Shown here: piece after piece, positions 54,505 to 64,000 of the stretch | Layout of the letters: each line of letters opens with the position of its first letter | Position numbering within the stretch: the first letter of the stretch is position 1 | NCBI GenBank assembly: GCA_040954595.2 | Contig: CM082579.2 | Location: 1,625,908 to 1,689,907, forward strand | Direction of reading: 5' to 3' | Length of the DNA stretch: 64,000 nucleotides | Origin: Balanoglossus misakiensis | Taxonomy: Eukaryota > Animalia > Hemichordata | Position numbers and translations under genes: made by a program | The notes under the pieces: generated by a model | Told to the model about the DNA's origin: nothing | Seen by the model: only the letters and a program-made list of their open reading frames with translations | Database searches by the model: none

Positions 54505-54777
54505 GTAAGTAGGCTAAATGTTTCGCTTATCGTCGTAATTTTGAAATAACACGACTTCGCATCAATCTCTCGTGGCGATGACAGTTTTGCCGGAAGTACG
54601 TCTACGTTGGTCATCGTAAATTTACGTTTTATGTGGCTGCTCACAATTATGGATTTTGAGGGCTGCGGTAGACATCGAGAATTTTACTGATGTGAACTTT
54701 AAAATATTCACTTCATCTGTATGATTATGGTCACTGTATTTGCGCAGCATTCATTTTTACCAAATGTTTTCTCTTAG

Positions 54778-54894
54778 GTTCGTGCCTTTCTGTTAGCCAC
54801 AGGCTTCTCACTCGCCTTTGGATCACTGTTCATCAAGACATATCGCGTCTATCAGATATTTACACACACTAACAGTGGTGTCCTCAGAAGCAAG
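54778..54894 (+). CDS. GABA-B-R3: GABA-B-R3-like exon 12 (TM3, GFSLAFGSLFIKTYRV)
   Basis: AG/GT bounded, 117 nt. Confidence 0.95.
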
Positions 54895-55336
54895 GTGATT
54901 TCAAAATATATTACTTTGTAATTAATCACCAACATTGTTACTTTTCTCGGGGGTTATGGATTAATCAGGATTGAGAAAATGTTTGATGCACTCTTTTGTT
55001 ACTTCATCTTTATTTATTTATTTCTTCATTTCTTCATCTATTTATTTATTTAAACATTTCTCTTCCAACTGAATATTTCAAAGTCGTCTTAACGGAAATT
55101 CTATAGCAACATGACGGACGGAAGAGAGAGGGGGAGAGAGAGCCCTTGTAGATAAACAGGAAGACATAAAGGACTATTTCCCGCGTGTCTCTCCGTTTAT
55201 GTCATTATGGGTGCCTTAGATTATGTATTTCCAGTAATAAGAGATAGATGCCACTTAAACTAATAGGAATTGTGATGAATGACGGTAACTAGATTAGAAA
55301 CTGACGGGAGATGCCTTCATCACTCTCCTCTTTCAG

Positions 55337-55459
55337 ATGCTGAGGGAATCACGTCTCTTTCTAATGGTTCTCTCCTTGTTTATCGTGGATGCTTCCGTCA
55401 TCATCATTTGGATATGCATAGATCCTTTGTATCTTCAAGAGAAAATTCTCCCCAAAAGG
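55337..55459 (+). CDS. GABA-B-R3: GABA-B-R3-like exon 13 (TM4, ...WICIDP)
   Basis: AG/GT bounded, 123 nt. Confidence 0.93.
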
Positions 55460-56182
55460 GTAGGTTCGTGTCTACAGCCTATCTATGGAGTAAAAAGAAA
55501 ACGTGTCTACTTCTCGCTTATCCTCTTTTGTTGTAAAGACCTCATAGAAGAGCTGAATTACGCCATAACTAGTTTTGTTTGCGTCATGTTTACGATGCCC
55601 AATTCACGTTTCCTACTCTAAATTATAGTATTAAACAATTGCTCGTAATATCCAATCAGAAAGTGCCCGGCAACAAATATTTAACTATAATATTGCAAAC
55701 TCCAGTGCACTCAAGTATAGCGCCATGATTTATTGTATTTATATAATTATATTACCGTTGATTATTTTATGCACTCTGTGTATTTTACATGAGTGTAAAT
55801 ATGACGATATTATGAAGCTTTTGAGGGGCTGTTTCCAGGTCCATGTCGAGTAGTTTCTGTTCTGTCTACGAAACGATTGGTCACAGTGTATCGTGCGTAT
55901 ATGAGCAAAAAACTGGTGTTGTTGTACATCTAACAGCACGCCCTCACTTACAATAGCACGTGTATTCGAGTGAAGATGGTGGATACACGCCTTGAAGTAC
56001 GCCCCCTATAATCTGGTGCTCCAAATACGTGCACGTATTTGGCAAATACTGGTTTGTGTGTATGCATGAACAAGATTATGTCGCCTGTCCATTGACATGT
56101 ATAATAATGATCATAATCATTTTGTCGTCACATACGGTCCACGAGTCCTATATATAATTTCACTGCTTTTTTTCTCCGTCAG

Positions 56183-56521
56183 TCCATCGATGCGAACGAC
56201 ACCGTCTTCATTCCAATCATAGAACAATGTACGTGTCAACGCATGGAAGTCTGGCTGGGTATCCTCTATGCCTACAAGGGCCTCTTGCTTCTCTTTGGAG
56301 CCTTTCTTGCGTGGGAGACGCGCAAGGTGAAGATTGAGGCCCTCAACGACTCGCAGTACATCGGAATGAGCGTTTACAACGTGATGGTCATGAGCATCAT
56401 CACGGTCATCGTGTCCAACGTCATCGGCACGGGTCAGCAGGTCACAACGACCTTCTTGATCGTGTCATCTTTTATACTGATTTCCACAACAAACACGCTG
56501 TGTCTTCTTTTCATTCCAAAA
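56183..56521 (+). CDS. GABA-B-R3: GABA-B-R3-like exon 14 (TM5-7, YKGLLL..AWETR..ALNDS..LFIPK)
   Basis: AG/GT bounded, 339 nt, hallmark GABA-B 7TM motifs. Confidence 0.96.
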
Positions 56522-56729
56522 GTGAGTTGAAATATAAGTATTAATAGAGCAAACATGTTTTGGTGACGAATTATTTTACAGTTGGATAGATGCTATGAAA
56601 ATATGTACAGAAGTCACATACACTAGACTATTTAAATTACTGACAATCACAAGTGTTGTTCAATTCAATACATTGGTGTAATGTGGTGTAATATTATTAA
56701 CAGCCTCCTGACAAAACTTTTGTTTTCAG

Positions 56730-56903
56730 ATTTATGCAATAAGAAAAGGGAATTCAATGTCAGCTAATGCTGTAACTTCGGGCCCTGGTTTAGAGGTCAA
56801 AGGTCGAACGTGTCGGTTCCAAGTGAGCAAGCGACAGGATTTCAGAGAAAGACTATTCCGAGCAGAAGTTCATAACAGAGCGTTCAAGAAAGAATTAGGT
56901 CAG
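56730..56903 (+). CDS. GABA-B-R3: GABA-B-R3-like exon 15 (IYAIRK...RAEVHNRAFKKELGQ)
   Basis: AG/GT bounded, 174 nt. Confidence 0.9.
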
Positions 56904-57016
56904 GTACGTGAAAGTGAATTTGCATGTTGAGGTAAGTCACACCTGGTCAGTGCGTATGAGTGACAAGAAATACTGTAGCTTTCCCTCTTCACTCACTTCT
57001 TGATTTCTGATTTCAG

Positions 57017-57565
57017 CTTGATATCCAAATAAAGATATTACAAGAAGAACTGGAAGAGCTGCTCGAAGCTGAAATCGAGACGTCGCCAGAATCGAACGAT
57101 GAATCCACCACCGACACAGAGCGCCATTTTGAAAAAAGTTCGTCGTCTGAACTGTTGATCAATTTACCCGAGACTGCTATAAACAATTACTATGAGATAG
57201 AAGGCCAGCAGCGCGAAAATGGATTTTATTGTGACGAGAACACACCGATGTTTCTGAATTTCAGCGTGAGTGAGACAGCAGCAGTGGCTGAACCGGAGGT
57301 GTACAGAATTTCCCCGTCTGCCTTCATCCCACTGCGCGTTCACAAAGTCACATTTGAAAGTCCGTATCGGAGACCGACTCGCAGGACTCAAAGTTCCTCC
57401 AGTTCTGACTGCAACATTCACAGGACAAGCGCGGGGAAAAAGCTGACACAACTGATCACGCGGGAAGACCACGAGCGAGAAATGGAACGGCTTCGTAATG
57501 AAATTATTATTCTGCAAGGGCGATTGGCCGATCTCGACTCCTACAGAATGATCTATTACGTATGA
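57017..57565 (+). CDS. GABA-B-R3: GABA-B-R3-like exon 16 (coiled-coil tail, ends RMIYYV-stop)
   Basis: AG acceptor; open frame to TGA; AATAAA at about 57633 and 57920. Confidence 0.88.
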   Translation, partial: LDIQIKILQEELEELLEAEIETSPESNDESTTDTERHFEKSSSSELLINLPETAINNYYEIEGQQRENGFYCDENTPMFLNFSVSETAAVAEPEVYRISPSAFIPLRVHKVTFESPYRRPTRRTQSSSSSDCNIHRTSAGKKLTQLITREDHEREMERLRNEIIILQGRLADLDSYRMIYYV

Positions 57566-58076
57566 TAAACTGTCTTTGCTCGGAGCATTTCGAGATGGAC
57601 AGAATTCAAAGAATAGTTTTGGTCTGCTTGGGAATAAAAATTTAATAATATCTCACATTCCGCATACTCAGTCTCAGCCTTCTGACTCACGTGTCAAATT
57701 TGGATGTTTGAAAATCAGCCTCGTAGGCGCCACCAGGTAATCGCCTATCGCGAATACAGAAGCAAACTTTCTCAAGCAAGACATTGAAGCTTACATCTTT
57801 TGTGATTATGACCTTTAGAATGATGCATCATCACTGTCTAACTGTGACGCAGGTATTCCAATTGCAAAGCGTCTGTGACGCTGCCGAAACGGATCATGAA
57901 AGTGGTGACATTGTCGATAAATAAAACGCGGTTTTTAAAATGGCAATAAAGTGATTTTTATCCAGTTAAAAATTTAGTTTTATTTCCTTTTAACACAAGT
58001 GAGGGAGGGGAGAGAGAGGAGACCAATTTCTGTATCTCGTCTCAGAAAATTGCATTGCTACTGTCACGGTTGTCGC

Positions 58077-58388
58077 CAAAATACATATCAGTTCCACGTG
58101 TGTGGGCCGGTCTGGCTACAGAGGTGAACTGCTAAGTTACACACATGTATGGGAGTTCATCTCCAACAGAATACACCAAAATTCATGCAAGTGAAAAATA
58201 CAGAAATACAATTGGAAAATTGACGCAAGTTCAAGACACCAATTACTTGTGCTGAAATGAGTCGGTAGAATGCACCAAAATACAAAGCTTCAAGCAACAG
58301 GTAAGGTACAAGGAAAACTAACCTGAAATGGGACAAAATACATATCAGTTCCACGTGTGTTGGCCGGTCTGGCTACAGTGGTGAACTG
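58077..58388. repeat. 55-bp direct repeat (58077-58131 and 58334-58388)
   Basis: CAAAATACATATCAGTTCCACGTGTGT.GGCCGGTCTGGCTACAG.GGTGAACTG occurs twice with 2 mismatches. Confidence 0.9.
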
Positions 58389-60126
58389 ACCAATTTTATG
58401 CACAATGTCCTTTTACACATCATAGTGCCAGATTAGCTTGTGTTCATTGGTTAATGAAACGTCCAGGTGGTTTGCATATAATTTTGATCAACCAATTGCA
58501 GGTAAGTACTCTTACGTCATATGAATAGTTGAATAACTAATTACTGCAAGATACAGGTATAACATACATACAGATATACATACAAATTCAATGGATCAAC
58601 AAGGCCATTACACTACTCATGCGTCACACTGTCACAGTGATTTCTGTCATCCCGGGAAGATCATTATCAACATTAGACAATGATATTTGTAAAGAGACAA
58701 GAAAGCAAGTCATACACTTGTGAAGACTGATATTTAAAAGATACGACCAACTTCCATTAAACTGTCTATGGTATTAACTTACTGAAGATAAGATTAAGCT
58801 CTTGATCACACGCAGCAGCGTAGTATATATAACGGTTAAATCTGATTGACGTCATGGTGGGATCGATTGTCGTCAAGGAGACAAATTTAGGCGCGTGATA
58901 GATTTTGTCGGTTCTGTGATCGAGGATACAGATACCAGTGGAGTGTACAGTAACCCATCAGCAGTAAGCACGATCGAGAGAAAGAAATGAAATAGATCTG
59001 TGTGAAAATATACTTTGATCCATTGATAGAGTTACGCACGCTTTCTTCTTTTTTTCGTCAGCATATCACGTTTTTTTCTGAAAATTTGCAAATCGGGGAT
59101 TATACAAGTGCCAAACATGTTTGGGATGAAGATCTTACCAAATGGATGTCGACGTGCTGGTGAGGCACAAATGATGACCGAAACACGAAATGAGCAAACA
59201 GTGCACCTGGAGGAACCCTCCCAAAAGACCAAAAAATGAAAGATGTGCTGAATACAGAGTTGACCTGGTTTTTCATGAGACCAGTGTCCTTTTTGATTGC
59301 AATCTTCTAATCTCACGTGCTCGTTTGATAACGTTGTCCCCTTATCTGTAACTCCCAGTGATTTAGCCGACCTTCGAGAGTTTGCAGTACGCACGTGCGA
59401 CGGATAGGACATGATAATGTAGAAAGAAGCAAAACGGGAACCCGTGACTGTTTGAAAAGAAATTGTCAACACAGACAAGTAACTTCGAGTTGTTGTCGTT
59501 GACAAACTACACAGACATTGCATAACGTACAAAACACAGGAGGACAGTGATGACGTCTGTCGTCCACGTGAAAAAACGACATGTACACAACATAGCGACC
59601 AGACATCTCACCAAATGGTGTGGTTATTTTAGAATATTTCACCAAAAATTATACCTTTCCATCAAATATAATGTTCCGGCGTCTATTAATTCCTCGACAG
59701 ATTTTTGAAACCACGCTCTTCCTATTTAGAGAACGTGCTGAACAGGAGTTACAAACAAATTAAAGTATTCAGACAGCGAATGAGTACTAGTAACCAGATG
59801 AGTCCACATCCACACCATGCCTGTCCTATGTCGAGGGTGCATCGTTTATATAGGAAAAGTTGTTTTTGAACAAAACGGAGAATTTCGCAACGCCTTTCGT
59901 GTGACGTTTATCAATCATTTATATTAAACTTCTTTCGGTCTGTTTAATCAAATTCAATCACCTATCTTACGCGTAGTGTAGCCGATTGGCCTGGATGACG
60001 ATAGAAGCGATGCACTGAGGCAGAGGTTCTCCTATCTCAACCGCTTCCAGGCCCGCGAGATTACAGGGCCACACGTGAATACCCTGGACAGAGCGTTAAG
60101 CTTGCATAACGAGGTTATCCTCACCG

Positions 60127-60216
60127 GATGATGATGATGATGGCGGTTGTGATGATGATGATGATGATCATGATGGTGGTGGTGGTGGTGGTGGTGGTGG
60201 TGGTGGTGGTGGTGGT
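60127..60216. repeat. (GAT)n/(GGT)n trinucleotide microsatellite
   Basis: Directly visible. Confidence 0.95.
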
Positions 60217-60475
60217 CTTCCCCTCTTGTCCTATTTTGTACACTTTACTGAATTTTTTTATTGGTGTTTTAGACAAAAAGTTACTTTATTGTTTTCCACT
60301 GGAACTCCAAATTGGCCAGGAGTCCCCGGATCCTGCTAATCGATGTCTCAGCAATCTTTCTGCTAAGTTAGAAAGCGGGGTTTCAGGTCTATGGCGTTCC
60401 ACTAATGCATGTCATCGACAAGAAGAGTACGTCCTCCCGTGTCTCGTGCACAATCTTCGAACTTGGACGTTTGCC

Positions 60476-60616
60476 TGATGACGCAACAAAGTCATCGCCT
60501 TAAAATAGGAAAAAAGATACTGAGTCTGAGATCTGCACGTGAGATAATGCTAGAAAGCTATCGGTAAGTGCGTCAGTTACTTCTGTTACGTAACTGGAAC
60601 CCTGAAACATATATAA
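60476..60616 (+). promoter_or_regulatory. Candidate COQ2 promoter motifs (TGACGCAA, CACGTG, GTTACGTAAC, TATATAA)
   Basis: Motif cluster 70-210 bp upstream of the ATG; function untested. Confidence 0.3.
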
Positions 60617-60688
60617 GCCCAAGAACGTCTAGTCAGCCTCAAACAGCTTTATTACTTTGAGAAATAAGTTTGAGTAAGAAAGAGCATC

Positions 60689-61055
60689 ATGGCTGCCGTG
60701 ACAAGCCGTACGCTATCGTCCATACTGAACCGTTTACCCGCAACGACTTGCTATGCTATCCAAGTGCAAGGCTGCCACACGGGTAACAGACCTCGAAGCA
60801 ACAACATCAGCAAGAGCGACAACGGGAAAACGTTGCTACTTCTGCAAGGAGGCGCGAGAACTTCCATGCAGACGACACAATCTCTGCAGCAGCTCCACAC
60901 GAAACATTCGTCCAAGCAGACGGAGAGGGACATCTTGAAGGCGACGTGGGAGCTGACACAATGGAAGAGGAAATTCACCGCAGCTGCAATGGTGGATTCA
61001 GCGCCGTCACTGACGAAACCCTATTTGAAACTCATGCGATTTGACAAACCGATTG
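60689..61055 (+). CDS. COQ2: COQ2 copy 1 exon 1
   Basis: ATG to RFDKPIG, GTAAGT donor, 367 nt. Confidence 0.92.
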
Positions 61056-61198
61056 GTAAGTACAGGAGGTAACAACACTTTCAAAACGATTTCATATTCA
61101 CAATCCTAAAGGTAAAATCATGATTTTGTAAATCCATGCAGACAACTACAGAAGCATTAGAATAACAATGTCTTTCTTCTTATTCTCGATATTGACAG

Positions 61199-61365
61199 GA
61201 TCTTGGTTGTACTATTGGCCGTACACGTGGAGTCTGGGCATGGCTGCAACACCTGGTGGTCTACCAGACCCGTATCTCCTTGGACTGTTTGGGGTTGCAG
61301 CTGTGGTCATCCGTGGCGCTGGGTGCACCGTCAATGATATGTGCGATCGTGATTTCGACAAAAAT
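61199..61365 (+). CDS. COQ2: COQ2 copy 1 exon 2
   Basis: AG/GT bounded, 167 nt, first Asp-rich motif. Confidence 0.95.
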
Positions 61366-61497
61366 GTAAGTGGCTTTATACACTTCGATTTTGGTGAAGC
61401 GTAGAACCAACCGACTCGTTTGGTTGGATTTGGTCCATGAAAAAAAGATGGGTGGATATGAATTATTAATCAATTCAATTTCTATTTATTTTGTCAG

Positions 61498-61619
61498 GTT
61501 GAACGTTGTCGCAATCGTCCACTAGCATCTGGTCAAGTCAGTATGGCACAAGCTGGCATCTTCCTCGGTCTACAGACAGCCACAGCCCTGGCGATACTCG
61601 GCAGTATCAACAACTACAC
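61498..61619 (+). CDS. COQ2: COQ2 copy 1 exon 3
   Basis: AG/GT bounded, 122 nt, RPLASG. Confidence 0.95.
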
Positions 61620-61811
61620 GTATGTACATGTATAACATTTTTGACATTTGTCAACATTTTACTTTCTCGTTATATCAACGGAATGTTCAAACGAGACAAA
61701 CAAGACAAAGTGAAACATTCTAGCCTTGAACGTCCAGTACTTTATACCAAGTTAAGAAACCACATTTTGTACCATATCAATAACCTGTCATTTTCTCTTT
61801 CCATCGTACAG

Positions 61812-61897
61812 TCTCGGATTGGGTATCATCCACACCTTCTTCATTGCAACTTATCCATTGATGAAGAGAGTGACATACTGGCCACAGCTGTATCTTG
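61812..61897 (+). CDS. COQ2: COQ2 copy 1 exon 4
   Basis: AG/GT bounded, 86 nt, YPLMKRVTYWPQ. Confidence 0.95.
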
Positions 61898-62037
61898 GTA
61901 AGGACCATCTCCGTTGTTCCCCCGTACAATTGACTTGGAGTATATCGATCATGGAGATGATATTGGACAGATACAATGCACCTTGCGAATTACCTTCATA
62001 AATTGACATTCTTTACTTTTCAATTCGTGTTTGGCAG

Positions 62038-62360
62038 GCGTGGTCATGAATGCTGGCGTACTTCTCGGTTGGTCAGCTTTGCACGGTTCTTGCGACTGGA
62101 GTGTTGTCTTGCCTCTTCTCGCCTCTGGCACCGGCTGGACGCTGTTGTATGATACAATCTACGCCCACCAGGACAAGAAGGACGACATCAAGATCGGCGT
62201 TAAATCAAGTGCATTGAAGCTTGCCGACCATACCAAGCTGGCGTTGAGTGGCTTTGCTGGCGTCATGGTGTCAGGAATGGCTCTTGCTGGCATCGCCAAC
62301 GAACAGACCTTGCCTTACTATCTGACCGTGGCTGCAACTGCGGCACACTTGGGAAGACAG
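62038..62360 (+). CDS. COQ2: COQ2 copy 1 exon 5
   Basis: AG/GT bounded, 323 nt, YDTIYAHQDKKDD. Confidence 0.95.
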
Positions 62361-62489
62361 GTACGCACAATACAAATGTTGATTGCACCCTCATATTTTT
62401 ATAATATATGCGTTTTGTAGCCTCAACGGAGGTCTTTCGAACAAATGATTTCGCCACCAACACTCATTTATATTTTTTTCTTTTATCAG

Positions 62490-62669
62490 ATTTACACTGT
62501 CGATTTGGACAACCCAAGAGACTGCTGGAACAAATTTGACTCCAACAAGTATCTAGGATTCCTCATATTCCTTGGAATCGTCGCTGGGACGTACTGCAAA
62601 AAGAAGAAGACGGAAGAACGAACACCGGAGGAGAATATCACTGAAACATTTGAAGTGTGCAGCGCCTGA
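62490..62669 (+). CDS. COQ2: COQ2 copy 1 exon 6
   Basis: AG acceptor, IYTVDLDNPRDCWNKF..N..LG, TGA stop. Confidence 0.93.
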   Translation: MYTVDLDNPRDCWNKFDSNKYLGFLIFLGIVAGTYCKKKKTEERTPEENITETFEVCSA

Positions 62670-63405
62670 AGACGCTTGAATATCACTGGTGTCCCTGCTC
62701 TGTGACTGTGATGGTCATCTCCTGGCAGTGCGGGCGCTGCAGATCGCCTTCCCATGATGCATTTACCGTGAACGATGGACCAGAGTTCTATCGGGCACTT
62801 TTCGGGTGAAAACGTATCATAATCATCCATGCACAAGAAAACCAGGTGGACTTGAACTACAGTCAGCGAATATACACTGCATTGTACATATGTATAGTCT
62901 CCATATCATGAAAGTGTGCAATTATGACACTGCCAATTGAACCTTTAGAAAGTTCACAGCCTGAACCCAGACAATAATAAAGTGTCACCGCGTGGGTTTA
63001 ATTTCTCGAAATGATGTCAACATATTGTTTGAATATGTGTATAAAATATCAGTAACAAATGATGTATATATGTAAATATTTGCAATAATGGAAGTCAATA
63101 AAGAAATGTGTCAACATTAATTTCTTCCTACATGTCTTCATTTGTGTTCCATTCATGCAACCATCCTTCTTTCAAGTCTGTCAGAGCCCTTATAGACACG
63201 ATCCTCCATAACTAGGTCTACCACTATTAATGACACTGTGTTGCCTATTTTCTCCTGACATATACATTAACTAAACAAATTGGCTTTTTGATAAAGTCGA
63301 CAAACAACGCCAAGAAATGAGGCCAGGTCAGGTTAAGGTAGCAATGGATTTTGCAGAATGTCTGACAACAAATCTGATATTTCTTATCTAACTGATAACC
63401 ACATC

Positions 63406-63772
63406 ATGGCCGTCGTAACATACCGGTCGTTTTCAACCATTTTAAACTGCTCGTGGAATACCACGTGTTTCGGCTTTACGTTGCGAGGTATTGTCGACTT
63501 CCAACAGAGTCTCTGCATCAACCATCCCAGGGCCAACAACTCAAGGTTATTTAGACTTTGCCTGATCAGGTCACGACTTCTTCACGAGATGCCGACTGCG
63601 TCACGACGACAGTTTAAGACGAACGCACCTTCGGGGCAAAAGAAAAATGACGAATCTGGGTCACCGGCACCGACACCATGGAGTCAAAAACTCAGCACTG
63701 CAACATTGGTCAAGGCGGCGCCATCCTCGATGCAACCTTACTTGAAACTTATACGCTTCGACAAACCCATCG
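63406..63772 (+). CDS. COQ2: COQ2 tandem paralog (copy 2), exon 1; gene continues beyond window
   Basis: MAVVTYRSFSTILN parallels MAAVTSRTLSSILN of copy 1. Ends PYLKLIRFDKPIG at a GTGAGT donor. Same 367-nt length as copy 1 exon 1. An alternative in-frame ATG lies at 63358. Confidence 0.88.
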
Positions 63773-64000
63773 GTGAGTCACAGATCATGAAATTCTTGTG
63801 AACCTGAATTTGTGGTCGGGGTTAAAGAGAAACTCCACCAACACTCTGAATATTAAAATTATTCAAGAAGAGTGGGAGTTTCATTAAGTGCTTTCCAACA
63901 AGTGGTCAGATATGGTGACATATTGCATAATTCGATTTGAAGTTGCCATTGACTACGGTTATTTGTTCAACTATGTGAAACTTCCCATGTAGCAATGCGC

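Larger units (their letters stand above)
28712..57565 (+). other. GABA-B-R3: Whole gene: GABA-B receptor family class C GPCR, 16 coding exons, 971 aa (GABBR2-like; closest remembered match Drosophila GABA-B-R3)
   Basis: All 15 introns are GT-AG and phase-compatible. The joined CDS is 2916 nt with no internal stop and encodes a signal peptide, Venus flytrap domain, 7TM and a coiled-coil tail. Confidence 0.9.
60689..62669 (+). other. COQ2: Whole gene: COQ2-type 4-hydroxybenzoate polyprenyltransferase, mitochondrial, copy 1 (6 exons, 414 aa)
   Basis: Joined CDS is 1245 nt. N-terminus resembles a transit peptide. Motifs present: [62 protein letters not shown]. Confidence 0.95.

Noticed and set aside
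57164-57517. 117-aa antisense ORF
   Set aside because: It is the shadow of the receptor's last coding exon.
59032-59532. 166-aa minus-strand ORF
   Set aside because: No recognisable domain or splice context, and the composition looks random.
60128-60478. Poly-Met/poly-Val 116-aa ORF
   Set aside because: It is a translation of the (GAT)n/(GGT)n tract with no recognisable domain.
61898-62037. Hidden mutually exclusive COQ2 exon
   Set aside because: The 140-nt intron cannot hold a 134-nt exon plus splice signals and shows no similarity to exon 5.
1-64000. tRNA, rRNA or snRNA genes
   Set aside because: I recognised no convincing cloverleaf, A/B-box pair or rRNA motif by eye; a covariance-model scan would be needed to exclude them.

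Overview
Eukaryotic, intron-rich, AT-rich genomic DNA that looks like a non-vertebrate animal; the taxon cannot be fixed from sequence alone. (1) 1-14.4 kb is a repeat-dominated block: two arrays of a 48-bp satellite (about 22 and about 136 copies), each followed by the same ~1-kb spacer. They appear to sit inside a heavily decayed minus-strand UBZ+HECT (G2E3-like) gene relic. (2) 14.4-28.4 kb is intergenic, with transposon debris, a mini-LTR element and microsatellites. (3) 28712-57565 (+) is an intact 16-coding-exon, 971-aa GABA-B-family class C GPCR whose motifs best match Drosophila GABA-B-R3. Its introns hold a MITE, LINE/THAP relics and a 184-nt hairpin element with ssDNA-type features. 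(4) 60689-62669 (+) is a complete 6-exon COQ2 (414 aa) with unusual substitutions at normally conserved pocket residues. A tandem second COQ2 paralog starts at 63406 and runs off the window. The best leads are the divergent tandem COQ2 pair (a possible duplication-based alternative to the coq-2 splicing switch used for rhodoquinone), the R3-type receptor, the hairpin element and the satellite-invaded HECT relic. All homology calls come from remembered motifs, not from database searches.
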